From Pelomyxa schiedti (taxonomy: Eukaryota; Protista; Evosea): a stretch of DNA of 64,000 bases. Positions 24,010-35,484 of this stretch are shown here, one piece after another (within the stretch, counting starts at the first letter, position 1; each line of letters begins with the position of its first letter). The notes beneath the pieces are model-generated. The model did no database searches, was not told the DNA's origin, and worked only from the letters and a program-made list of their open reading frames with translations. The position numbers and the translations under genes are program-made. The stretch covers positions 156,288-220,287 of the forward strand of contig JAHLWZ010000171.1 in NCBI GenBank assembly GCA_020536535.1, given 5' to 3'.

Positions 24010-25603
24010 ATGGGCATTACCTTCACCAAGGCACCTGCGTTGTCGCGCGACAAAGTTGTCCCGTGCCTGGCACGATCCGGCATTTTATTTGACACATGCC
24101 TCAGATCGCAGCCCACGCCACACGATGTAACAAATTCTGACGGACCAAGACCCGTACGTGCGGCGACTACTCACACTGCCACTACAGCGGTTACAGTTAC
24201 GGCTAAGGGAGGAGATGGGCGTACTAGGAGTGCAGATCTGGTAGATCCGTTGGCAAGGTTGCCCCCGAATCTGTTGGCTGCGCACCTTGGTGCAAGGGAT
24301 ATTATTTTGCTGCAGCGCGTGTGTCGTGGCTGGAAGTTGGCGTTGACGTCCGAGTCAGTTTGGGAGCCACTGTTGTCGAAACTGGTGTGTAGTGCTTGAA
24401 TAAAGACTTGGGGACTGATCCACGCCCATTTCCGGTTGCAATTGTCCGCTTCAACTTGTTTTACTTCAGATACCTGTGCACCTTGACTTGAGGAGTAGGA
24501 TCACGGCCAAGTTGGTGAGTGAAGGGGTTGCTGCAAGGTCATATTCCGTATTTGTTGCCCTTCTGCAAAAATTTACTATTGCAGGCACCGTTGAAGACTT
24601 TTTGACGGTACCATCCTTTTCTTCCGTTTTTTTCTCCTAAAATATTAAAGTGGGGTTCATTTACAGAAGAAGAGAGTGCACTTCTGCTTTACAAGGTCAT
24701 GGCACTTGATCGCACTGAGCTTATGAAAGTACTGTATCAAAAGCTAGAGATACTGCCTTTATTCCTCTCGCACCTGGACTTGCGGTAGGAGGATATTTCA
24801 GAAATTCCACTAATTTTCTTGTGATTCTAGAGGACTCACTATTATCGAGGCACAACAGGCACTCTACAACATTGTAAAACCACTTCATTATTTTGACGCA
24901 GCAGAACTTCTGTCATTCTTGGCCCAAGAGTATGTACACCAAAATGAAGTGGATCCTGGCCAGTGTCGATCCCTTTTGGATTCAGCAGGTTAGGCACCTG
25001 AATCCAAGTACAAACTAATGCTAGAAAAATTTACACCCTTTAGATCTTCCTTCAGCTCGTATTGGAGAGTTAATTTTTGAAAGCCTTAATTCTGATCGGA
25101 CCGAACTGGCATCCTACTTGCTAAAGAGAAATCCAAAAGAACGCTGCGAAGCTTACAGTCACGCATTTTGTTTTAAGGGCTTGAATTTTGTTGCTGGTAT
25201 TGGTGCCTTTTTGGCACCAGTACAAATACCTGAGGAATCACAGGTTTCTTATCCTCCTGGCAGTGCAGTATAACAATACCTCAAGCAAATTGATCGCTTA
25301 TTGTCAGAATTTGCTGTGCGCTTTTGGGAGGCGAATCCTGAATTATTTGAGAATTCTGACTCTGCCTACATGCTGGCTTTTTCTGCGGTAATGCTCGTAG
25401 TGGACATGAAGACGCAGACACCAGCCAGAAGAATGACCCGGCCTCAGTTCACCAAAAACGTTGCTGGTTGTAACAACACCAAGGACTTCTCCGAGAGTCT
25501 TCTCCTTTCTGTCTGGAATGCTTGCGAGCTCACTGCGGAGGCTCAGAAGGCAGCCCGCGTTCTTCAAAAGCGCTCGCTTTGGGGTTCCAAAGGTTCACCG
25601 TGA
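24010..25603 (+). CDS. F-box + Sec7 domain protein (FBXO8-like), N-terminal Met-Gly
   Basis: F-box LARLPPNLL..LQRVCRGWK. Sec7 AFLAPVQIPEESQQIDRLLSEFAVRF (glutamate finger retained once a 42-nt intron is removed) and SDSAYMLAFSAVML. Confidence 0.8.
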
Positions 25604-25726
25604 CATCTGATGACAATCGCCCAAACCCAGCTCAGCTCCATCAAACAAGCCGTAGACTCTTCTTTGTTTTGAGGTTTTTTCGTGCCATTCTCTTTTAAAC
25701 TCTCTTCAACGAACATAACAAAAAAA

Positions 25727-27305
25727 ATGGCAGCGAAAATACTGGTTGTCAACGACGACGGGATTGATGCCCCGGGGTTACAAGTTCTGCTTGAGGTCCT
25801 CTCACGGCACCGTCCCCACTACTCGTGCATGGTATACCTCTCATTCTTTTAGCCAGTGAAGCCAACAACCAATTTTTTTTTTTCCTCCCAACCGACTCGT
25901 TTGTTTTCTTTGCACGACACACGTTGTGCGGCCTTTATCGAATGTCAAAAATGACAAACGACAGGTAGCAGCACCCAAAAACAACCAGTCCGCCGTAAGC
26001 CACCGCATCATGCTGCGCGGCGACGTCCGCGTGTCGCGGCACACGATGCCCCGCACGCCCGGCGTGCCCGCCGTCCGCGTCGACGCGTGCCCCGCCGACT
26101 GCGTCCGCGTCGGCCTGCATGTCTTCTTCGGCCACAGCGCCAAGCCCCCGCGCCCTTCGTCGACGCCGGTGCCGTCCTCGTCGCCTCCTCCGCCTTCGGT
26201 TTCTCCCGGGCCAAATTCAAATGCAATTGCAAGTTCCACGTCGACTTCTGAATGCAACTGCGGCGGCAATGTAAGTAGGAGTGGCAGTAATGGTGACATT
26301 ACACAACTGTTGTATCCGAAGCCAAAGTCTATGGCTGATAGACCTGTCATTGGGAGGGAGGTTCATGTGTCGAACTGTGCCACGTCGGGGAGCACCCCTT
26401 TGATTCCGACTCCAAGCTCTCCCATTGTGACCCACTTTGGCAGGGACTGTGACCATGATTGTGGTGGGGATGGCAGAGGACTGATAATGCCTCCAAACAC
26501 ACCCACTTTCGCCCACACGATGATGTTCTCTTCTTCCACTCCGCCACCCAATGAAGAGCTCTCCCTCCTCCCTCTGCAACAGTACATGCAAAATAACTGG
26601 CCGGCTGAGGGACTGCCGGATTTGATCATATCTGGTGTAAACCATGGGAGCAATGATGGCTTGAATGCAGTATACTCTGGAACTGTCGCGGCAGCCCTGG
26701 AGGGAGCCTTGCAAGGAATCCCAAGCTTGGCCGTATCCATTGATTTACCGACTTATGATGTAGGTGGACATCTATGTAACTCTCATAAAAACTTATCCTT
26801 CCTTTTACACTTGGGCAGAAACCAGTGTTGGAGTCTGAAATTCCCTTCGCCGAGGCTGTAGAGTATATTTTACCACTTATCGACCTGTGCATAAGAGAGC
26901 GGATGCCACGATTGCATATTTTGGCCGTAAATCTTCCTTACATTGAGACCGGGAAGCCCTACACACCGAAAGGCTTCCTCCTCACGCAACAGACCCACAC
27001 CACCCTGAACCCCATCTTCAAAGAAGGTTCTCCCAATTCCCATGAAGTTACGCGCAACTCACAACCTTCATTTCGGGCGTGCAGGGCAACAACTTCCAGA
27101 GCAAGTCGGAGAAGAAGTGGCCCTGACCATCGACAAGAGCCAGTTCAACATCATATCCGTGCCGTCCCAGAGTGACACGGCTGCCATACTCAATTCGTGG
27201 GTTTCTGTTTGCCCCCTGCGCGCCGACTACGGGGCCCTATGCATAACCTCTACCTCTGCCCCATCCTGGCCCACCCTGCAGACCTGGCCAATCTTCTCCC
27301 CCTGA
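25727..27305 (+). CDS. surE: SurE-family 5'/3'-nucleotidase with a large low-complexity insertion
   Basis: [65 protein letters not shown]. Confidence 0.9.
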
Positions 27306-27499
27306 ACTTGTCTCTCCCCCTTTGTTGTTCAAAAAAAAAAACCCATTTCGCGGATTCCCATCATGTTGTGGCCACCAGGTTGTCGGCTTAAGCGTTGCTT
27401 GGCAATAAGAGGACACGGAAACGATTGTGGGTGCCGGGGAGGCCGGGGATGGGAAGGAGGATGAATGTGAGAATGTGGGCGGCTGTGATTTCTATTATG

Positions 27500-28070
27500 A
27501 CGGAGGGAAGCGAGAGGCAACAGCCTGTTTGTGTGCATCAAATACCATTTGTGTGGCACTTGAGCGCAAATCTGTCGCTTGGTGTAGTGTACTTATAGGT
27601 GCTATTACTTGTTTACAGTAAGGTATGTGATGTGTGAGACAAGCACTTTGTATCAAGATAGCTCTGTTCGGTTATGTGGAAATGACACTGCGTCTTTTGT
27701 TGAATGTGGATCCACTATATAGAGATATATATATCTAGTGATACTCATTCATTTTTAAAGTATTGATAGCACATACCCTAGAAGGGTTCTTCCTTGCGAG
27801 GCCGATTCCACTGAGAAGATTAATCTTTTGTACAACCATAGGCAATCCCCTTCTACGGCAATAGAACTTACAGAGGCTTTGTGCAAGAGGAATCTGCAAC
27901 ACGTAAGTGGGAGAGCCTAAACCTAAGGAAAACCTCTATACAACCTGGAAGAGAGCGAGGAAACGGACTGACAAGTATGTCACAGAGGCAGTGAGGCTGA
28001 GGCCCAAGAAGCTCAGGGCCACACCACAAAGGTACCAACCAAGAAGGGAAAAAGGAATAGGATTCTAAGA
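27500..28070 (-). CDS. Possible small multi-exon membrane protein; no start codon identified
   Basis: An AG/GT-bounded exon reads NPIPFSLLGWYLCGVALSFLGLSLTASVTYLSVRFLALFQ and is followed by further splice-like segments. Confidence 0.25.
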
Positions 28071-28177
28071 GCGGAATCTTGTTATACAAATACAGACAAT
28101 CTCTTTTTCGTCCAATTTCTCCTTCAACGAAACACAGAAAACAAACAACAAAAAAGCCCCAACACAAACAGCACGGG

Positions 28178-30058
28178 ATGGAATTGTTCAGTGTTGTGAT
28201 TGAGGACAGGGAGAGACTGAGGACTACGTTGCCTTGTGACACAAATAGGCTGCCAATACGCATTGTCCTCCTAAATTCGGACTCTGGTGTGTTTGGCCTC
28301 TAGATGCACGCGATGAGCGATTTTCGTTGTGCTATATTTCTGTTTCTTCGTGTTACTTTGTTTGTTATGATTATTAGTTGTTGCTTATTTAGAGTATTTT
28401 TTCTTCTGGTCAAGTGCAAACTAAATATCTTATAAAATGAAGGAGAGACTATTGCATACTGCAATTTGTTGAAGGTTGTGGGAAGTGATGGTATTGAGAG
28501 TGCGGGGCTGAGATCAGTTGTTACCACCAAAGAATTTCGTGGGAAGGTTGGCCACTAACATTTCTTAAGGCTTAATATACAAATGTCTCTTTCTTATTGC
28601 CTTTAGGGTTGGGGAAGAAAACTTCTCAGAGTAGCTGAAGGCGCTGCTACTTCATTGGCCTTTCCTTGCATTTATGTATCTGTGATGAACCAAGATGAGA
28701 CTAACGCAATGGGGTTTTACCGGCACATGGGATATGAACCGGCTCAGCCCTATACCGCTCAGCAAGCAGCCACAGATCCCTCTATGACATCGCCTTCAAC
28801 TATGGTCTTCTTCAGCAAGAAGCTAGTACTATGTACTACTGGGCCTTCTGCGTCAACAGGCGGGCATAGAGATAGCTCCGACGTTTGGGTTGATGCCAAC
28901 TGGCTGTCTACAGTTACCGGGCAGAGAGTACAATCAGCATCCATCGAAGGAATGACAGCAACCGGCGGATTATCAGGGCAATTACGTAGGATTAGGTGCC
29001 AGCTACAATGCGATACTACATCACCTACCACTCCAGCAACTCCATCTCCAGCAAGTGAGAGTACTGTGGTTCTCAAAACGCAACCGCGGGAGGCACTGCA
29101 ACAAAGCAAAGGACTTGGGCAACCCAGAGAGGCCTTATTCTACATACATATGAGAGCGGAACTAAGTTGCTGCCTACCGCATGTCTATTACTCCTTCGGA
29201 GATATGTCCACTGGCGAAAAGTTTGTACTTATGGAGGACCTGGCCAAAAAGCCGTGGGTACAGCTAGGCCAGCTTTATGGTCCCGGGTCCCCTCTGAACT
29301 GGGGAAAGGACCTCAGTGCAGTCAACGCACGAGCTGTTGCAAGTGGGGAGACTGAAGCTACTCTCACAGAAAAGAGCTTCCGGATTGCTGCATGGATGCA
29401 TGGTACCTATTGGATGAGGACTGAGCTTCTTGGTGTGGAATGGCTCAGAGGTACAGACTGGCTTACGGGAAAGAACAGGGAGTCATGGGAGTTCTCCATG
29501 CAGATGTGTATCAGCGGATGGAAAAAGGCCAAGGAAACTCTGGTTGGGGTGAACTGGGACCCACTTCTTGTTGCCTGTATGGATTCCAGCTGTGCTAAAG
29601 CATCCTGGGAGAAATACAGAGAGCGAGTGACATCACCCAACAGCCCATGGACTCTCACCCATGGAGACTTCCACCCAGGCAACATGATGTGGAGAGAGGG
29701 TGGTGAAATGCTGCTTCTCGACTGGGAAGTTGTTGGTGTGGGAAATGGTCCTCAGGACCTCAGCCAGTTTGTCATTTCCCACGTGGCACCTCAGTCAAGG
29801 AGGGCCATTGAGCACTCCGCAGTTGAGAAGTATTACACCCTGCTTCTGTCAGTTGCAGGCAACAAGGCCAGTGGGTACACATTTGAGCAGTGCTGGAATG
29901 ACTATGTAGCTGGAGGCCCTGCTCGTTGGGTGTGGCTTCTGGCCCTGCTGTGTGGTATGTGCCCTGTTCCTATGGTGCAGTACTTCCAGGATCAATTGGC
30001 TGCATTCTTAACTGATCACCACATTACACCAGAAACCATGGAAATGCCGAGAGTTTAG
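28178..30058 (+). CDS. GNAT acetyltransferase fused to an APH/choline-kinase/EcKinase-like phosphotransferase; start approximate
   Basis: GNAT motif A LRSVVTTKEFRGK-GLGKKLL and NAMGFYRHMGY. Kinase VLKT, FVLMEDL, LTHGDFHPGNMM and LLDWE follow in the same ORF (28655-30058). Confidence 0.85.
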
Positions 30059-30362
30059 AAACCTCTGAGAGATGAAGGAAAGAAGAGTTTCTTTTTCCTC
30101 TCAGTTCCTTTGATGCCCTGTCCACAAAGATCTTTCCCATGAGTGGTTGTAGTGTAGGGAACCAGCCAGGAGTGGTGAAGAACCAGGAGTATGCATGTGA
30201 CATTTCAGGGAGAAGTGTGAAGAGTGGGGTGGAGGGTACCCTCAAAGTGAGAACACTAAGTTTTTTCCTTAACCCTCTTGAACTGGTAACCCCTCCCTTG
30301 TTGTTTGGACCATTCTGGGGCCCCAACGGTCAGCCCCAATAAAAAATTTATCCGGGACAAGC

Positions 30363-32092
30363 TCAAAGAAGTTGTTCAGTGAACGTTGTTGGTGGAACCT
30401 CAGCAGTTTCAGTCGAGATGGTTGCTTGTTGTGCGAGGACGGGCTCAGCAATTTCTGGTGGCATGGCTGGGGCTCCCTGCTCCACGCGGCTGAATACTTC
30501 TTTCCATTGGCAGGCTATCTAGATACAAACACGAGATTGGTTAGCACATGGGTATTTGATTTTTGAGGGTGGAGAGACTGGTTGATATATATATATGTGG
30601 AAAGAAAACGTGGGGATACCTTGTCGTGGACATCGGCGTAGAGTTGGGAGAATCCGTGCAGTAGGTGCTGAACCTCCTCTATGCGGCAACTGTGCATGTG
30701 TTCCAGGTCTTTTTTGCTGATTGTGGAGAACTCTTCCAGTGCGGTTTTGGTAGATGCCACATTTTGTTCAGCCTTGAGAATTGGTGAGGTTTTTTGTTTT
30801 GATATTATTGAGGCTTTGTACTGTTGCTTTGTCTTGCGGAGTGTGCTTGCCTTTCTCGACTTTCTCCAGTTTGGCTGTTGTATCCCGATATGCAGAAAGT
30901 ACTAGGTCACGTCTATCTAGTAATTCCTACAAGAAAGGTGATGTTTGAGGAATAAAAAAACCGAAAATATCACTTTTGTGGCTAGAAGTTCTCTCCACCA
31001 ATCCTTTAGTGCATCCTCAAAATGCACGGACAGTTGGCTTATCTGGGGAAACTGAGGGAATAAAAGAATTCAAAAGGAAATTACCATTTCCTGTAAAAGC
31101 TGGGAAATAGCCACAAACGTTGCTTGAACTAAATCATAATTCCCACTCATTTGCTTGTCTGTTTCCGCCAAGTGTTGTGAGAGTTGCTTCAATGTTGTGG
31201 CATAGTCGGCATAGCCAGAGGCCATTTCTTACAAACTTTAGATTGCACAAATATACAAGATACCTTTCCACTTGGACAACATGTTTCCAATAGTGGTAAT
31301 GACTGACTTGATTTGTACCTCAAGCTCGATAGCATATTGCCTCTTGTGCTCAAAGAAAGGATCCTGTGATGTGACATGTAAATTTTTTGTGTAGGATGAA
31401 AATCAACTTTACAGGGTCGGGTTGCCGTTTTGATATCATACTAGTAAGAACTGCTGCTGTGTTGCTTCCAAAGACCTTGAAAGTAGAAGAAACTGCCTGT
31501 AGAGTTGGCTTCTGCTTTTTGGCTGTTTCGAGATCCTAAATAGATTGTAAGAGATATACCACCATGTATTTTTCTCACAGTCTGAGTGGCATTGAGGAAC
31601 AGAATAAATTTGGGGTTTGAGACAAGAACAGGATGTGAAGCAACACGAATCAAAAAGCGCTCTAGCTCCCTCTCTCGATATTCCACAAGAGGTGCATTCA
31701 CGCTAACACGTGCTGAAGAGGGAATAAATGAAGAGGTAAAAAAGTGATTGATGTACCAATTAAAACTTTTTCGGGCAAAGGAGGAATTAAAGCAGCAGGA
31801 TGAGCCTGAATGAGTGAGTCATGTAGCCACACAAAGTCATTGAATCTCCGACTGATTGTAATCTCTGTTCCTGTTTTTTTGTCCTTGATGGGATGGGAAA
31901 TTGATTTAACTCAAATTCCGGGAAAACCTTCACATCAATGGAGTACATAACAGTAGACCCCACATTAGAGTGCCCAGAAAAATGTATGCGGTAGTCTGGT
32001 GGTTCTTCCACTTCCATTGACAACTTAAAATTTTAGGTAAGTTAAGCTATCATCCTGGTAGGAAGGAAAATCATAATAAAGCAATAGTAGTA

Positions 32093-32125
<33 letters not shown>

Positions 32126-32515
32126 GAAGCAAACAAACAAACAGTCAGAGAAAGTTAACTGACACCGTTAGAAAGAAACAATGAAACGCACGAATTTGAT
32201 GTGTTCTACGATCATTGACGTAACTGCAGCTGCAGATGAAGATGACGAAGATGCACTCGCTGAGGCTGAGGTTGCTTCTGAGGGTGCAACTGCAGGGGAA
32301 GTCTCGAAGGACGTGGGTTCGGTAGTGACTGCAATTGTGGGAGCAGTTGACGCCGACGTCGACTGGTCTGCAGTCTCCCCGTCCTGAGGAAGCAACCAAA
32401 GAAAGGGCAATAAGAGTTATTCTTGCGTGTTTTCAGAAACGAAACAAAACTGAAACGACAGTGACAAAGAGACGGGGAAAAACCACACAAGAATCGCCGA
32501 ACTCGACTCGAACAT
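30363..32515 (-). CDS. Sorting nexin (PX + BAR/Vps5-like); start approximate
   Basis: PX segments SNVGSTVMYSIDVK and LVEYRERELERFLIRVASHPVL, then helical BAR-like exons ending IACQWKEVF. Confidence 0.8.
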
Positions 32516-32801
32516 GCTTGTTGTTTCGAAAGTTTGATGGTGTTCCTTGTCCAAACGACAGAAAGGATCTGAGATAGAGGGTTCGATGAGTGGAGAGGAA
32601 CAAGTGTCCCCAGAGGTGAATATTCGCAATGCAATTAACCAGTGATCATGTGTCTGTGTCCCACCCTCTGAGATCTCTAAAGCACCGGTGCACGAGAATT
32701 TCCCTTTTTCATGAAAAAGCCGAAAACCAAACATAACACAACAAAAACCAAGAACCAAAAAAAAGAAAAAATACGCGAGAAGGCACGAAACACAGCACGC
32801 C

Positions 32802-35274
32802 ATGTCTGACGACAAAAAAGAACGACGTCACTCCCACGTGAGTTTTTTGGTTTTTTTTTTTACCTTCTTGCTACTGCCTTCAAATTCAAAAACCCTCTTA
32901 GACATAGCAACAACAACAATAACTAATAGAATAACATTAATGTAAACAGCGACATCACCACGATGGGGAAGAACGCAAGTCACGGCACTCGCATCGCAGT
33001 AAAGATGAAACCAAAGACGAGACAGAAACACCATCCACACCCGCGACTGCTACTACTCCGCCTCCCTCAAGCAGCGTTGCCGTCGAACAGACCGTAGCCG
33101 CTGCTGCCGCCCCTGCTACGCCGGAGGAAGACCCGGCGGCGAAGAAGGCGCGAGAGGAGGAGGAGCGGCTCAAGGCGGCGGCGGAAGTGGCTAGGAAGAA
33201 TGCGGAGGAGGCGCGGCGCAAGGCTGAGGAGGAAAAGCGCAGGCAGGACGCGGAAAGAGAGGCCCAGAGGCTGGCTGAGGAGGAGTGCGTTATTTCTTTC
33301 ATTTAGTAATGGAGTGGCTGTTCGGTTTTATATCTAATATATATTACGCGAGTTTTTTTCATTATGATATGTAGTATATCTTGAAAATTGGACTTGCCCA
33401 CACATTCCTTATATCTTCATACTAGAGAGGAGAGAGAAGCCCTTGCTGCTCTGGAGGCTGAGTGTGTTCCCCGTCTTATTGTCATTGTAGCCCTTACGTT
33501 TTTTGAAGGGACGACTCTTCTGCCAAGGTGGAAGCTGCAAAGAAAGCTGAAGCGGAAGAAAAGCGCAAGGCTGAAGAAGCCAAGAGAAAGGCAGAGGCAG
33601 CTAAAAGGTTGGAGGATCAAAAGCGCCGAGTGGAAGAAGAAAAACGAAAGGAAGAACAACGAAAAGCGGATGAATTACGACGAAAGGAAGAAGTCAAGAG
33701 AAAGGCAGATGAAGATGCAGCAAGAAAGAGGGATGACGCAAAAAGAAAGATTGAAGAAGATGCAGCCGCCAAAAAAAAAGTTGATGAAGAGGCTGAAGCT
33801 GCCCAAAAAAAACTTACTGAGGATGCGGAAGCCAAGAGGAAAGCTGATGAAGCCGCAGCTGAAGCCAAACGAAAGACTGACGAAGAGGCAGCGGAAGCCA
33901 AGAGAAAAGCTGATGAAGCTACTCTTGCTGCCAAACAAAAGGCTGACGAAGAAGCTGCCAAACTTGCAGCGGAAGCTACTGCACCAAAAGCAACACCTGC
34001 TGAAATAGATATTAAGACTGAGGAACCAACGACAACTGATGTGGTTGCACAGAAACCAGAGGACAAGACTGGTACACAACTTTCACTTCAGGCACCATTA
34101 ACCTGGCCTAGAACCGGAAGATGAGGAAGAAGGTGAGGCAATGGCTGCTATCCTCGAGATGAAGCGAAAAGCTGAAGAAAAAAAGCGAAGGGAAGAAGAA
34201 GAAAGACAGAAGGCCGAGCAAGCAAGACTGTAAGATAACAACCATTCTATTGGTTTTAATCTTGTTGCAGAGAACGTGAGCGGAAGAAAAAAGAGCAAGA
34301 GGAAGCTGAGAGAAAGCTCATAGAAGAGAGACAAAAACAAAGAGCAGCTAAATTAGCTGAGGAAGAAGCCCGAAAAACCCAAAGAGCAGAAGAAGAGTAT
34401 GTTCTGAATGTTGGAGTGAACGTAAATAACCATAACCATGTGCAGAAAGCGCAAAGCAGAAGAGCGAGAAAAGAAAAAACGTGAGAAAGAAGAACTTGCA
34501 GCACAGCGTGCCCGTGAGGAAGCAGAAGAAGCAAAAGCGGAAGAGGAACGGAAGAAAGCAGCCCGAGCTGCTAAACTTGCAGCACAACAGGCAACATCTG
34601 AGCAGTCATTGGAAGCCGAACTGGAAGAAGCACACGCTGCAAAGCGGGCAAGTTTCTTCCCTTTCAATTCAAGTTCTTACCTCTGCCCCAGCGAGGTGCA
34701 ACTAAAGAGCAGATTCATGATGTTTTTGAAATATTCTCTTATGATGGTGTCATGCCAAAGGAACACGTACAAAAAGCTCTTCTTTCTCTTGGTATGGATC
34801 TCGCTGTATCACTCTTTTCTAAGCTTTTTTTTTTTTTTTCAGGCAAATATCCTTCTGCCAGTGATGTTGATCAATTAACCCGGGGGTGCTCAAGAATAGA
34901 CCTTGAGAAATTTACTTCCTTCCTAGATGCTAAAATCTTCAAAGTAATCATCCTCCCTTTTTTTCCCCCCTCACATTTTCTCAGCTTCCAAAAGTGATTG
35001 AAACCACATGTTCTGATTTCTTCATTGGATTGGATGAAGAAGTCACCAAAACAGTGAGTGCAACCACACTCAAGGAAATTTTAACTATGTATGGCGACAA
35101 AATTCCTGCAGAGGAGGTATCTTTGTCCTTTCTCTTTCCTTTCACTTTTTCAATTCCAATTCACAACCCCAGGTGGATGCTGCCCTTGCATCGTTCACAA
35201 CAGCTGGTAAAGTGGATTATCCCAGAATGCTCAAGGCATTCATGAATGATTTCCCTCTCTCGGGCTTATCCTGA
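32802..35274 (+). CDS. Long Glu/Arg/Lys/Ala-rich (SAH-like) protein with a C-terminal myosin-light-chain/calmodulin-like EF-hand domain
   Basis: EEEKRKEEQRKADE-type repeats over ~400 aa, then KEQIHDVFEIFSYDGVMPKEHVQKALLSLGKYP...LKEILTMYGDKIPAEEVDAAL..GKVDY. Confidence 0.8.
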
Positions 35275-35484
35275 GGCAGAGTACATTGTATAACACACAG
35301 ACACTAGGAAAAAACATAAGTGTAGTATCAACGTTCCTGCTTTTTGCTTCCTTGTTGTTGTTGTTCGAGCTTTGATGAGAATCCTAATAATCAAATCTGT
35401 TCGTGTGCTTCCACAGCCAAAAAGGACGCCGAAAAAAAAAAAAGGAAACAAAATCACGTGGGCGAGTGGTACGGCAGGCAACTG

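Noticed and set aside
25240-25290. Apparent loss of the Sec7 catalytic glutamate (PPGSA)
   Set aside because: That sequence is intronic; removing the 42-nt intron restores IPEESQQID.
32417-32815. Extra upstream sorting-nexin exons starting MACCVS
   Set aside because: Its ATG overlaps the start codon of the divergent gene at 32802; a nearer ATG at 32515 splices in frame.
33528-34667. Several overlapping minus-strand Ser/Phe/Ala-rich ORFs
   Set aside because: Shadows of the ER/K helix exons.
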